DNA from: a virus
Taxonomy: Duplodnaviria; Caudoviricetes
Reading direction: 5' to 3' (one strand)
IMG/VR virus record: IMGVR_UViG_3300036715_000254
Span: 1-54,601 of that record
Length of the DNA stretch: 54,601 nucleotides
The translations under genes were made by a program, and so were the position numbers. Below the pieces are notes generated by a model. It was not told where the DNA came from. It saw nothing but the letters and a program-made list of their open reading frames with translations, and did no database searches. Positions 1-9,133 of the stretch are shown piece by piece (within the stretch, counting starts at the first letter, position 1; each line of letters opens with the position of its first letter).

Positions 1-16
1 AAATTGTAAACGTTTA

Positions 17-46
17 GTTCACTTTTATTCATTTCCATGTTATAAT
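17..46 (+). promoter_or_regulatory. Early-type sigma70-like promoter (TTCACT-N17-TATAAT, extended -10 TG)
   Basis: TTCACT 18-23, TGtTATAAT 38-46; same motif recurs at 4293, 11287, 51392, 51909. Confidence 0.85.
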
Positions 47-51
47 CACAC

Positions 52-225
52 ATGAACTTAGCAACATCACTAGCAGCCAAGCAAATCCAACGTATGCTCG
101 ACATGGGCTATATTGGATATTATGACGTTATTGAACGGGCAACCAACTTCTTGATGGGTCAAGGTTGGTCTGCAGAGTACAGTCAACAATGCGCAGAAAA
201 GGCATTTGATTTACTAACACCATGA
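52..225 (+). CDS. Small hypothetical protein (57 aa), probably leaderless
   Basis: Hand-translated MNLATSLAAKQIQRMLDMG...; ATG 5 nt after the -10 box; stop overlaps the next ATG. Confidence 0.6.
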   Translation: MNLATSLAAKQIQRMLDMGYIGYYDVIERATNFLMGQGWSAEYSQQCAEKAFDLLTP

Positions 226-440
226 AAAAACAAATCCCCGAACCTCCTGATCTCAATGAATTAGTTGGGCATCAAATTGCTCACTTGAGTCACCGTAACG
301 TCTACGAGTGGGTAAAGCATGGGAAGTGGAGCCGTCCACAATTTGACAAATGGGTTGAAGAACTCATGGTCCAGTCTTACGGCGAAGGTTTTGAAGAAGC
401 AATAGCAGAGGAAGATCTAAGTGACATCAATTATCAGTAG
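222..440 (+). CDS. Hypothetical protein
   Basis: ORF in tightly packed early operon. Confidence 0.6.
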   Translation: MKKQIPEPPDLNELVGHQIAHLSHRNVYEWVKHGKWSRPQFDKWVEELMVQSYGEGFEEAIAEEDLSDINYQ

Positions 441-606
441 TGAGTTTATGGCTTTGCGTACTCTCGACGCAGCAACAACTGAAATCCGCGAACGCAACGC
501 ACAGCGTGTTGCTGAGATGAAAGAACGCATGGGACGTAAGTATGTTCTACATCCAGACAATGCTCCCAAGAAAAGCAAATATCGAAAGGTGTTGAAAGCA
601 GTATGA
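421..606 (+). CDS. Small hypothetical phage protein
   Basis: ATGA overlap with ligase; MGRKYVLHPDN-type motif. Confidence 0.6.
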   Translation: MTSIISSEFMALRTLDAATTEIRERNAQRVAEMKERMGRKYVLHPDNAPKKSKYRKVLKAV

Positions 607-1919
607 GTCTCTACAAAATTATCGAATCAGTCGCCGCTATTGGTTCCACTAAAGAGAAGCAAGCCATTCTCGAAAAGAACAAAGGCAACGAAATGTTGCG
701 GAAGGCGTTCCTGTATGCTGAGAACCCGCGCTTCAACTTCTACATCAAAGTCAAACCCGAAGACCTGTTGGCTGGTCTCGGCGAATACGACATTACAAAC
801 TCCACATTCACTGCGCTAGATAAACTAGTAGCACGCCAGTTTACTGGCAATGCAGCCCGGACTCACGTTGAAGGTATGCTGTCGGATCTGACACACGAAG
901 CTCAAATCATTCTCGCACGTATTATCAACAAAGATTTGCGCTGCAATGCTGGTACAGCTATAGCCAACAAAGTTTGGAAGGATTTGATTCCCGAGTATCC
1001 AATGATGCTCGCTTCCAAGCACGATGAAAAGGCAATCAAGAATCTACAGAAGTACGAAAACAAGGCGGGTTTCATTGTTCAGAAAAAGTGTGACGGCGGT
1101 CGCGTCAACGTTCTAATTGACAATGATGGTAACGTTGTTTATCGCTCTCGCGCTGGTAACATTCTGAACATGTATGGACTGTTTGACCATGTGTTCACAA
1201 AGTACAAGAACCAAGTGTTTGATGGTGAGTTGCTGGTAAAGGGTAAGAACGGTATCGTTGACCGTAAAACTGGCAACGGATTCTACACTAAGTTGGTGCG
1301 CGGAACAGCTACTGAAGCGGAAGTGAAGGCATTCTACTTAGAAGTCTGGGACGTTATTACCACTGAAGAATTCTTGGCGGGTGTTGGTACATTCCCGTAT
1401 AAGGAGCGGCTAGCAGATTTGAACTTCATGATATCCAAAGAGGATGTGCGAATCCAAGTCGTTGAAAGCAAGGAATGTGCAACTCTAGAAGAGTGCTATA
1501 CATTTTACGCTGAGATGCGTGACCGCAAAGAAGAAGGCGCAATCATTAAGGTGGCTGACGCTGTCTGGGAAGATCGCCGATCCAAGAACATGGTTAAGCT
1601 CAAGGCTGAAGAAAGTGCCGACTTGCTTTGTGTTGGTTGGAATCCCGGAAAGGTGGGTTCTCAATTCGATGGAATGATTGGTAGTCTGGTAATGCAGACG
1701 TCATGTGGTTTACTGGAAGTGAACAGCGGATCTGGATTGACTCCTGAAGACCGTGCAAAGAATCCAGAATATTATCTTGGAAAGATCATTGAAATCGCTT
1801 ACAATGAAGTTATTAGTAGCAAGGATCCAAAGAAAACTACCAAGTCTTTGTTCTTGCCGATTTACAAGCAAATCCGTTTCGATAAGACGTTTGCCAACAA
1901 GTTAAGCGAATTGAAATAA
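603..1919 (+). CDS. lig: ATP-dependent DNA ligase (T4 gp30-like)
   Basis: Motif I KCDGGR, FDGE, EGAIIK, KLK, OB-fold ending SLFLP. Confidence 0.95.
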   Translation: MSLYKIIESVAAIGSTKEKQAILEKNKGNEMLRKAFLYAENPRFNFYIKVKPEDLLAGLGEYDITNSTFTALDKLVARQFTGNAARTHVEGMLSDLTHEAQIILARIINKDLRCNAGTAIANKVWKDLIPEYPMMLASKHDEKAIKNLQKYENKAGFIVQKKCDGGRVNVLIDNDGNVVYRSRAGNILNMYGLFDHVFTKYKNQVFDGELLVKGKNGIVDRKTGNGFYTKLVRGTATEAEVKAFYLEVWDVITTEEFLAGVGTFPYKERLADLNFMISKEDVRIQVVESKECATLEECYTFYAEMRDRKEEGAIIKVADAVWEDRRSKNMVKLKAEESADLLCVGWNPGKVGSQFDGMIGSLVMQTSCGLLEVNSGSGLTPEDRAKNPEYYLGKIIEIAYNEVISSKDPKKTTKSLFLPIYKQIRFDKTFANKLSELK

Positions 1920-1924
1920 CATTT

Positions 1925-2113
1925 GTGAAGCCACAAACTCCTGCACAGCAAGTATTTGCTGCTCAATGGAATAATTATGCGCTTTAACAGTTCTTTCATC
2001 ACAATGAAGAAGCAGCTTGGGAAGTTTTTAAAGATGTGTGGAATCTAGCAATAGAGGAAGCAATTAGTGTGTCAAATAGTGCCGAAGTGGCACAGTTAAT
2101 TATTAAGGATTGA
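1925..2113 (+). pseudogene. Small ORF interrupted by in-frame TAA
   Basis: GTG 1925, TAA 1985-1987, frame continues ...WNLAIEEA... to TGA 2113; fills the intergenic gap. Confidence 0.45.
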
Positions 2114-2115
2114 TT

Positions 2116-2388
2116 ATGAACGACGTTAGTGAAGTTGGTTTCGAGAAGAGCGTAGTTGAAGCACAATTAGCAGTTGGTCTGTCTCGCATTCAGTTTTACA
2201 AGACTGATGGAAGTCTCCGTGAAATGGTTGTTACTCGTGATATGAGTATCATTCCAGAAGACAAGCGCCCATCCAATGATGGTAAGACACGTATGCTGTC
2301 CGATACTACAATCCCAGTTTACGACGTTGAATCGAATAGCTGGAAGTCGTTTGTTCTGGAAAACCTCATTGTGATTGATCGCGAATGA
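2116..2388 (+). CDS. SH3/Sm-like small protein (WYL_2/DUF2693-like)
   Basis: FYKTDGSLREM...VYDVESNSWKSF pattern; AAGGA before ATG 2116. Confidence 0.75.
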   Translation: MNDVSEVGFEKSVVEAQLAVGLSRIQFYKTDGSLREMVVTRDMSIIPEDKRPSNDGKTRMLSDTTIPVYDVESNSWKSFVLENLIVIDRE

Positions 2389-2684
2389 GCATTTCTACAT
2401 ACCCAATGATTATTGTTGGGAGACTGTATCAGTTTCTCGATGCTAATATCCATGTTGAAAATTACTTGGATGACATAATTGACAATTCGGATGTTGAAAT
2501 CAGTTCTGTTTATTTCGACAGCGTCCGTGAAGATAACATTGTTGGCTTTTCGTTGTACGGAAACAAAGTAACTGAAGAGATTAATTACTCTCTATTGATT
2601 CCCAAGATTCAAGAAGCGTCTGAGAAGTTTAAAAACTTGTTTGGTTTTGAAGCGAAACTTTACCTAACACAATCCATTACCTAG
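2385..2684 (+). CDS. Hypothetical protein
   Basis: ATGA-coupled ORF. Confidence 0.65.
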   Translation: MSISTYPMIIVGRLYQFLDANIHVENYLDDIIDNSDVEISSVYFDSVREDNIVGFSLYGNKVTEEINYSLLIPKIQEASEKFKNLFGFEAKLYLTQSIT

Positions 2685-2693
2685 GAGATAATT

Positions 2694-2984
2694 ATGAAGA
2701 TTGTTCTAATGCCTGAAGAAAAAGCAGCAAAGAAAGCCGCCAAAAAGGCAGCGTGGTTGGCGACACCAGTTGCTATTGTACAGCGTCCTCTACGCTATCT
2801 ACGTAGCCAACTGAACGCAAAGGATGAGAAGGGTAACACTCTTGTTCATCCAGTATGTACAGTTGCAAAACGCATGGCAAAGCGCGGTGATGGCGGAACT
2901 ATTCAAGCAATGGCTCTGTACATCGCTCATGGTGGCCTCGTTGCACCAATTGTTCAAGAAACTAAAGAACCTGTAGCAGCATAA
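2694..2984 (+). CDS. Hypothetical basic protein
   Basis: AGGAG RBS; phage-like codon usage. Confidence 0.7.
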   Translation: MKIVLMPEEKAAKKAAKKAAWLATPVAIVQRPLRYLRSQLNAKDEKGNTLVHPVCTVAKRMAKRGDGGTIQAMALYIAHGGLVAPIVQETKEPVAA

Positions 2985-2992
2985 GGAATAAC

Positions 2993-3253
2993 ATGGCTAA
3001 CATCAAAGACCCAATCGTAGCAAAAGCAGTTAAAGACTTCTGTGATGAGATGAGCGCATCGTTCTCTCGTGCTGGTGGCGAACGTGACTTCCAGAAAGAA
3101 GCAGTTGCACGCTTGGCTGAAGAACACGAGCTGGATAAGAAGATCCTCCGTAAGCTGGCTAAGACATATCATGCTTCCAACTTTGCTACACAAAAGGCAG
3201 ATCAAGAAGAGTTTGAAGTAACTTACGAAGCACTGTTCGGTGTACAAGAGTAA
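2993..3253 (+). CDS. dsbA: T4 DsbA-like dsDNA-binding protein
   Basis: 86 aa; LDKKILRKLAKTYH...FEVTYEALF resembles T4 DsbA. Confidence 0.75.
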   Translation: MANIKDPIVAKAVKDFCDEMSASFSRAGGERDFQKEAVARLAEEHELDKKILRKLAKTYHASNFATQKADQEEFEVTYEALFGVQE

Positions 3254-3413
3254 AATCATTCTAACAGCGACAGAACGTAATACACCAGGCGTTCCAGCTA
3301 AAGCTATCAACTATGCGTTGATGGAAGAGAATGCTGAGTTACGTGAGCGCATTAAAAATTGTGAAGCGGAAATTAAATGGTGGCGAAAAAGAAACTCGGA
3401 GGATCTTACGTGA
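3240..3413 (+). CDS. Small coiled-coil hypothetical protein
   Basis: Hand-translated from GTG 3240: MYKSKIIL...ENAELRERIKNCEAEIKWWR; stop overlaps next GTG. Confidence 0.5.
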   Translation: MYKSKIILTATERNTPGVPAKAINYALMEENAELRERIKNCEAEIKWWRKRNSEDLT

Positions 3414-3880
3414 AAGTTTACCTAGACGTTGACGGCGTATTTGCCGACTTTGATAAGAAGATTGCTGAGATAGCACCAGGTCATCTACGCATGTCTAATG
3501 AGATTTGGGAACCGATTTCCAAAGTACCTAATTTCTTTGCTACGCTGGAACTAATGCATGAATCCCTAGAGTTAATTAATATATTGAAAGATTATGATCT
3601 CGAATTCTTGACTGCTTTACCGCGACCAACTGGTTTGTTATACACCGCTGACTCCGACAAGCGTCATTGGTTGCGTGAGCATGTATCCAAGACTATCCCA
3701 ATCAACACAGTTGAAGGCGGCGTCAACAAGGTGCGTTGGTTAAAAGAACATCCAGGTTCTATCCTGATTGATGACTATCAACGCAATATTGATTTGTGGG
3801 AAGAACATGGCGGCATTGGAATCTTGTTCACAACTGTTCCAGCTACAATCGACAAACTGATTAAGAGAAAGATTCTATGA
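3410..3880 (+). CDS. HAD-family 5'(3')-deoxyribonucleotidase-like
   Basis: YLDVDGVFADF motif I, LIDD motif; GGAGG before GTG 3410. Confidence 0.85.
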   Translation: MKVYLDVDGVFADFDKKIAEIAPGHLRMSNEIWEPISKVPNFFATLELMHESLELINILKDYDLEFLTALPRPTGLLYTADSDKRHWLREHVSKTIPINTVEGGVNKVRWLKEHPGSILIDDYQRNIDLWEEHGGIGILFTTVPATIDKLIKRKIL

Positions 3881-4050
3881 TTATCAATCCACAACCAAAA
3901 GACACAAGTAAGGGACATTTGCTAGTCTCGCTAGTGAAAAGTATTGTCCGTATCATCGCAGGTATTGCACTGTACAATGGGGCATTAGGAATAGCTGGAG
4001 CTTTAATTGTTGTTGCAGAAGTTCTCGGCATTCTTGAGGAATTAGTCTAA
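3877..4050 (+). CDS. Small membrane protein (57 aa)
   Basis: Hand-translated ...HLLVSLVKSIVRIIAGIAL...AEVLGILEELV; overlaps both neighbours. Confidence 0.7.
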   Translation: MIINPQPKDTSKGHLLVSLVKSIVRIIAGIALYNGALGIAGALIVVAEVLGILEELV

Positions 4051-4244
4051 TGTTTAGGTACTATGGATATACAGTTCGGGAAGTTCCACAACTATTCACG
4101 AACCGCGAAGATGCTAATAAGTTTTGCGAACAGAATCGTATTGATCCATCCAATATTGTTCAACTGTATGATTACAAACTTCCGATTTATGTTGAACTGG
4201 ATGAAACTGGAATCATTGAAGAGCCAGATTGGGTTGAACCCTAA
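4050..4244 (+). CDS. Hypothetical protein
   Basis: TAATG-coupled ORF. Confidence 0.6.
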   Translation: MFRYYGYTVREVPQLFTNREDANKFCEQNRIDPSNIVQLYDYKLPIYVELDETGIIEEPDWVEP

Positions 4245-4291
4245 ATAACGATGATTGATGTATATCTATAGTTGGGTCACAAAGTTGAGTA

Positions 4292-4321
4292 GTTCACTTT
4301 TATTCCTTTCTGTGTTATAAT
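4292..4321 (+). promoter_or_regulatory. Early-type promoter
   Basis: TTCACT 4293-4298, 17 nt spacer, TATAAT 4316-4321. Confidence 0.85.
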
Positions 4322-4347
4322 AAAGACATAGCAACAAAGGATAGAAG

Positions 4348-4560
4348 ATGGCAAAGTTTAAACAAGATCATATTCAGCAATACCTGACGACTCTTGAGTC
4401 TGTAACTTACAACAAATTTGGAAATCACTCTTTTGTGGCCGGTGTTTATGGTAGTATTATCGCTCATCTGTTTGAGCAGTTACCTAAGCATCAGCAAGCA
4501 GAAATGATCGCTAATATCTCGTCATTGACTGCTAAATATGCTCCCGCCATTCAACTTTAA
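4348..4560 (+). CDS. Early hypothetical protein
   Basis: First ORF after promoter; AAGGA RBS. Confidence 0.7.
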   Translation: MAKFKQDHIQQYLTTLESVTYNKFGNHSFVAGVYGSIIAHLFEQLPKHQQAEMIANISSLTAKYAPAIQL

Positions 4561-4561
4561 T

Positions 4562-4741
4562 ATGAGAAATCTTTCGCTTGCATCGCGAAATAAAATTTCT
4601 CATCTCCAGCAAGCTATTTGGAAGACTGAAGAAGTGATCAAGCTGGCCAGCGCAGATGAGTCGAGCTCCACTTTTATTCACGCGCGTGCTATAATTGACA
4701 TCTTGGAAAAACAAATTGAGGAAATTTGGAATGGCAACTAA
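4562..4741 (+). CDS. Hypothetical protein
   Basis: ATG immediately after upstream stop. Confidence 0.55.
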   Translation: MRNLSLASRNKISHLQQAIWKTEEVIKLASADESSSTFIHARAIIDILEKQIEEIWNGN

Positions 4742-5795
4742 AGAAGCAAAACGTATCAAAGCTCACAAGCTACTCCGTAATAATGATCCACGATTGGATC
4801 CGGATAACTATACTGTAAGCATGTTGCACATTACAAACTTCTTCAACGTTACATATGATGCGAAGGAACGCATGTCGTGGCTTCGTAGTCATTATCCCAA
4901 GACTAAGTTCAAGGATCTCCCAGATCTCGACTTTAAGACACTCTCGACTTTGGTCCGTATTGTGGACAACGGTGGCGAACTGTCTGAGAAGCACCAGATT
5001 ATCATGGATAACGAGTTGACTCGTCTGACTGATAACTCCAAGCAAGTTCAAGTAGCGACTAAGACTTTAGTAGCGACTTTAACTAAGCCAACTATCCAAG
5101 AAAAGATGGATGAGAAGGTAGCTGAATTTCTGGGTGAGTTCAACGGCTTGGTTGATCAATACACGATAGACGGAACTATTCCCAAGGTTGAATCTCTGGT
5201 TAATACAATGGGTATCCGTGGTCCGATGGTCAAGAAGGTCATGGACCGAGTCGCCAACATTACCACTGAACTTGATGAAGCGATTGAAGGTACTGACAAG
5301 CAGCTCGTTGAGGGTTACAGTAACTTCAAGAAGGTTGAGTTGAAGCGTCTCCGTGGTATCTATCAATCTCTCGCAGATGCGATGAAACAAGCCAAGGTGA
5401 CTGTTGTACGCAAAGCGCGTAAGGTAAAGGTGAAACCGCCCGCAGTTATCGCGAAAGGTGTGAAGTACGCCGCAGAGAATATTGACTTGAAGATGAAGTC
5501 AATTAACCCAGCAACCATTGTTGGTATGTCCGAACTATACGTGTTCAATGCGAAGTACCGGAAGCTGCAATACTACGAAGCAATTTCTGGTCAGACACTT
5601 ACGTTCAAGGGAACAACCCTGTTGAACTTTGATGTAAACAAATCTATGGGTAAGACTATCCGGAAGCCGGAGCTGATCAATTACTCGGATGGTAAACGTG
5701 TCCTGAATAAGTTCTTCAAGGAGACTAAGTCTACTGAGCAGAAACTGACTGGACGTATTAACGATGAATGTATCTTGTTGGTGGCGTACAAATGA
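4731..5795 (+). CDS. Conserved-type T4-like hypothetical protein
   Basis: GAGGA before ATG 4731; EGYSNF, KTIRKP, LTGRIN motifs recalled from T4-like phage proteins. Confidence 0.75.
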   Translation: MATKEAKRIKAHKLLRNNDPRLDPDNYTVSMLHITNFFNVTYDAKERMSWLRSHYPKTKFKDLPDLDFKTLSTLVRIVDNGGELSEKHQIIMDNELTRLTDNSKQVQVATKTLVATLTKPTIQEKMDEKVAEFLGEFNGLVDQYTIDGTIPKVESLVNTMGIRGPMVKKVMDRVANITTELDEAIEGTDKQLVEGYSNFKKVELKRLRGIYQSLADAMKQAKVTVVRKARKVKVKPPAVIAKGVKYAAENIDLKMKSINPATIVGMSELYVFNAKYRKLQYYEAISGQTLTFKGTTLLNFDVNKSMGKTIRKPELINYSDGKRVLNKFFKETKSTEQKLTGRINDECILLVAYK

Positions 5796-6016
5796 AGTAC
5801 CAGATTATTGAGGTTCGCGACGGCAACAATAAAGTATATTACGAACTTTATTTTTGGGAACAGGTGTGGTTTAAATGGAAGTGGGTTCAGCTGAAACAAT
5901 ATTCTTATAATTATGATTATCTCGAAATAGCTAAATTCTCATCTGTAGATGAGGCAATGCGAGAAGTTAATACACGAGTCTTTAAGTTTACAGTCGTAAA
6001 AGAAGGTAAAGTATGA
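5792..6016 (+). CDS. Hypothetical protein
   Basis: ATGA-coupled ORF. Confidence 0.6.
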   Translation: MKYQIIEVRDGNNKVYYELYFWEQVWFKWKWVQLKQYSYNYDYLEIAKFSSVDEAMREVNTRVFKFTVVKEGKV

Positions 6017-6282
6017 ACCACGAACTGATTAGCCGACTGTACAAGGAATCGGTCGCACATTGCGTTAAACTTGGACCAAATCCAAACGGCACAAATCGAG
6101 CATGGGCATGGGAAGAGAAGTTCGCTGAGCTGATTGTCGAACATTGTGCGAAAATTGCTGAAGATTGTTATGTGTATCATGAGCCATTGAGTAAAGTTCC
6201 AGGACATATTCGTAATTTTGAACGGTTGACTGATGAAAATATGTCAACACCTAAACCCAAAAGGTGCGTGTGCGCGATATGA
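6013..6282 (+). CDS. Hypothetical protein (EKFAELIV family)
   Basis: EKFAELIVEHCAKIA; similar motifs at 45611 and 52804. Confidence 0.65.
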   Translation: MNHELISRLYKESVAHCVKLGPNPNGTNRAWAWEEKFAELIVEHCAKIAEDCYVYHEPLSKVPGHIRNFERLTDENMSTPKPKRCVCAI

Positions 6283-6301
6283 TGAAGGGATTGAGGAAAG
6301 C

Positions 6302-6586
6302 ATGACTGATAAACGAGTAATTAAACTGTTAGAACAAATCGCGCGTGGTACTCACGATCCAACACCAACTCGAATGTTGCCACCTCTAGATAATAAGGCC
6401 GCATAGGAAATAGATTCTTGGTGGCAAGATTATTATGGTTCTAACGATAAATCGCTTAAACTACTAGCAAGGCAGGCAATTGCTATTATTGAAACCCAAT
6501 ATGTTGACCCGTGTCCTGGTTGCAAACCCGGTATCGTATGCCGAACAATGCTATGTGGTAGATTGAAACAAAATGTTACTTATTGA
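6302..6586 (+). pseudogene. ORF interrupted by in-frame TAG, Cys-rich C-terminus
   Basis: GAGGA RBS, ATG 6302, TAG 6404-6406, frame continues to DPCPGCKPGIVCRTMLCGRL and TGA 6586. Confidence 0.55.
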
Positions 6587-7484
6587 TTACAGCCAGCTTA
6601 TTATTGCTGGCGCTCTTACTTTCGGATCCGACTTTGATAAAGGTAAGGATGCGAAGAAACAAATTGACATTCTCCGTCACACTATTTTAAACACTCTGTT
6701 GAGTGATAAGAAAAAACATGGTGCGATGTACGGTAATATTGTTATTGCCGTTGACAGTCGTAATTACTGGCGTCGAGATGTGTTTCCACATTATAAGGGT
6801 GCTCGTAAAAAGAATCGTGAAGATTCTAAAACTGATTGGAAAGCTATTTTCGATATCGGTGCTCAATTGCGCGAGGAATTCAAAGAAGTATTTCCGTATA
6901 ACTTTGTCAACGTAGATGGAGCAGAAGCTGATGATGTTGTTGCTGTATTGACAAAGTACACACAAACGAATGATCTAGCCACTGTTGGACTCGTTGACAA
7001 CGAACCTCAGCATGTTCTAATCAAATCGAATGACGGAGACTTTGGTCAACTACACAAATATCAAAATGTTCGCCAGTGGAATCCAATTCTCAAGAAGTAT
7101 GTTCCAAAGTATGGAAAGTACGATTTGCTAGAGAAGCTTCTAACTGGTGATACTGGTGATGGTATTCCCAATATCAAATCTGCTGATGATCACTTCATGA
7201 ATGAAAACTCCGGACGTCAGTCTTCTATTACAGCTAAAATTAAGAAGCACGCATTTGAGCAGTTTGATCGTGGCGAGCAGATCTACTTTGGCGACAAGAC
7301 AATGGATACAAACTTCCGTCGCAACCGCCAGCTGATTGACTTTGATTACATTCCCGAAAACGTTTCCAACGCAATTGTCGAGGCATATAAATCATATATA
7401 CCCGTAAAAAACAAGGGTGCAATTTTTAATTATTTTGTCAAGAACCGCATGAAGCAGTTAATAGCAAATATCCAGGAGTTTTAA
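6573..7484 (+). CDS. rnh: T4 RNase H (5'-3' exonuclease, FEN family)
   Basis: LIDYSQ, YWRRDVFPHYK, EADD, DGDF, GDTGDGIPN motifs. Confidence 0.95.
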   Translation: MLLIDYSQLIIAGALTFGSDFDKGKDAKKQIDILRHTILNTLLSDKKKHGAMYGNIVIAVDSRNYWRRDVFPHYKGARKKNREDSKTDWKAIFDIGAQLREEFKEVFPYNFVNVDGAEADDVVAVLTKYTQTNDLATVGLVDNEPQHVLIKSNDGDFGQLHKYQNVRQWNPILKKYVPKYGKYDLLEKLLTGDTGDGIPNIKSADDHFMNENSGRQSSITAKIKKHAFEQFDRGEQIYFGDKTMDTNFRRNRQLIDFDYIPENVSNAIVEAYKSYIPVKNKGAIFNYFVKNRMKQLIANIQEF

Positions 7485-7885
7485 TGGCAACTATTGTAGA
7501 AATTTTGAAGGCGGCTGAAGATAACATTCAGTCCATTATGCAACACAAGGATAACACCTACTTGCGTAACTTTATGCGCGCTGCGTATATCTCGAACCGT
7601 AAGCTACAATTACCAGAGACTGACCCTCCATACAAGATTAATGCAATGGAAGAAGCGCAAGTTCCTTCCGGTGTGTTTTGGCAAGTTTGTAAGAAGATTG
7701 AGATCTTCCAAAAGACATATGAAAAGGCAGCAACTGTTCGTGTTGAGAATAGCTTTATCCAAGCACTTGAATCAGTATCCGCAAAGGAAGCAGAAATCAT
7801 TCTTGCAGCTAAGAATCAAACGCTTCACAAGATTTACAAGGGTGTGACTCTAGAAGCTCTAACAAAGGTTGGATATTTTAAATGA
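7484..7885 (+). CDS. Conserved-type T4-like hypothetical protein downstream of rnh
   Basis: LPETDPPY, FIQALE motifs; translational coupling. Confidence 0.75.
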   Translation: MATIVEILKAAEDNIQSIMQHKDNTYLRNFMRAAYISNRKLQLPETDPPYKINAMEEAQVPSGVFWQVCKKIEIFQKTYEKAATVRVENSFIQALESVSAKEAEIILAAKNQTLHKIYKGVTLEALTKVGYFK

Positions 7886-8325
7886 CCAAACAACGTCGTT
7901 ATGATGAGCTATACATGGATATAGCATTGAGATTTGCAGCTATGTCTCATGCCGTTCGCAAAAAGGTTGGTTGCGTGATTGTCCTTGATAACAATATCCT
8001 TTCATTTGGATTCAACGGAATGCCTGCAGGCATGGACAACTGCTGTGAAAACGAAGTAGATGGTAAGCTAGTAACAAAGGGTGAAGTAAGTCACGCAGAA
8101 GAAAATGCTATCGCTAAACTAGCAAAGAGCAATACAAGTTCTGTTGGAGCGACTGCTTATGTTACACTAGAACCTTGTATGCACTGCGCTAAGTTGCTTT
8201 ATAATGCGGGAATTACCCGTGTTGTAATCAAAGAGCCATATTTGAGCCACGAAGGTACGATCTACCTAACTAAGCTACATGTTGATATGGTACAAATAAC
8301 ACACGATGAATATTTCAAGTTATGA
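7882..8325 (+). CDS. cd: dCMP deaminase
   Basis: HAEENA and PCMHC zinc motifs. Confidence 0.92.
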   Translation: MTKQRRYDELYMDIALRFAAMSHAVRKKVGCVIVLDNNILSFGFNGMPAGMDNCCENEVDGKLVTKGEVSHAEENAIAKLAKSNTSSVGATAYVTLEPCMHCAKLLYNAGITRVVIKEPYLSHEGTIYLTKLHVDMVQITHDEYFKL

Positions 8326-8525
8326 AAGCAATGTTCGTTGTCCACAAAATGGATCCTCCAGAGTATTTTGAGATTATGGAAAAGATTATTGCCCGAGTAG
8401 TTAGAGCGGGCGGTGTATATAAGATAGTCAAAGCATTCGGTGAACGCAAAGGAAACCGACGAATCATTCCCCATTACGAATATCACTTTGAGGTCGAGCA
8501 GATGAGAGACCTCATATATGATTGA
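8322..8525 (+). CDS. Hypothetical protein
   Basis: Coupled ORF. Confidence 0.55.
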   Translation: MKAMFVVHKMDPPEYFEIMEKIIARVVRAGGVYKIVKAFGERKGNRRIIPHYEYHFEVEQMRDLIYD

Positions 8526-8727
8526 CATTCAACTTCCTCCAATTAACCTACTAAACCTAAGGCCAGCGTATATGATGACCACTCAAGTTCTAACAGAAAC
8601 AACTCCAGTACAAAAACCACAAGTTCTCGATGAACGAGTAAAACCTTGTGAGCATGAATGTCGTTATCCAGCAAATTGCACATCTCCACATTGTACTCCA
8701 CCAAATGCTAAACCATTAAACGAATAA
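8518..8727 (+). CDS. Hypothetical protein, Cys-rich C-terminus
   Basis: Last ORF before terminator. Confidence 0.55.
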   Translation: MIDIQLPPINLLNLRPAYMMTTQVLTETTPVQKPQVLDERVKPCEHECRYPANCTSPHCTPPNAKPLNE

Positions 8728-8753
8728 TTCTCGTTATTTGTTGCGCAGCTAAT

Positions 8754-8780
8754 AAGGGCTATTTTTAGCCCTTTTTCTTT
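8754..8780 (+). terminator. Rho-independent terminator
   Basis: Stem AAGGGCTA/TAGCCCTT, loop TTTT, T-rich tail. Confidence 0.85.
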
Positions 8781-8793
8781 GACTAGACGATCC

Positions 8794-8801
8794 CTTAAAT
8801 A
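8794..8801 (+). promoter_or_regulatory. T4 late-like promoter (cTTAAATA)
   Basis: TAAATA core just after terminator, before FmdB-PhoH-endolysin. Confidence 0.6.
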
Positions 8802-8825
8802 CAAAAGTATTTGAAAGGATTTACT

Positions 8826-9104
8826 ATGCCGATATACTCTAGACACTGCGATGATTGTGACGAACTGTTTGAAGTGAACTGTCGCATAGCCGATAAAGAT
8901 TCCCCCAAGTCATGCCCATATTGTGGATCCCAATATGGAAGTTATCGTCCAACTTCCTGCGCAACGTCGATCCGATCGGATCGTTTTATGACAGCAAAGA
9001 AAGATGGAGGTTTTAACGAAGTCTTAGACAAAATTAAAGAACGCAATAAGAGATCTAACCTAGCTTCTGGGAGGAATATTACCAGCGATACAGCAATGGG
9101 TTAG
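8826..9104 (+). CDS. FmdB-family zinc-ribbon protein
   Basis: MPIYSRHCDDC...CPYCGS. Confidence 0.85.
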   Translation: MPIYSRHCDDCDELFEVNCRIADKDSPKSCPYCGSQYGSYRPTSCATSIRSDRFMTAKKDGGFNEVLDKIKERNKRSNLASGRNITSDTAMG

Positions 9105-9133
9105 ACAAGGGTTTCAAACGATAAAGGAAAACA

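Noticed and set aside
6404-6406. Genome-wide TAG reassignment (alternative genetic code)
   Set aside because: Long conserved genes are uninterrupted and several end cleanly in TAG (2684, 9104, 13934, 27503, 41260). The other interrupted ORF has TAA.
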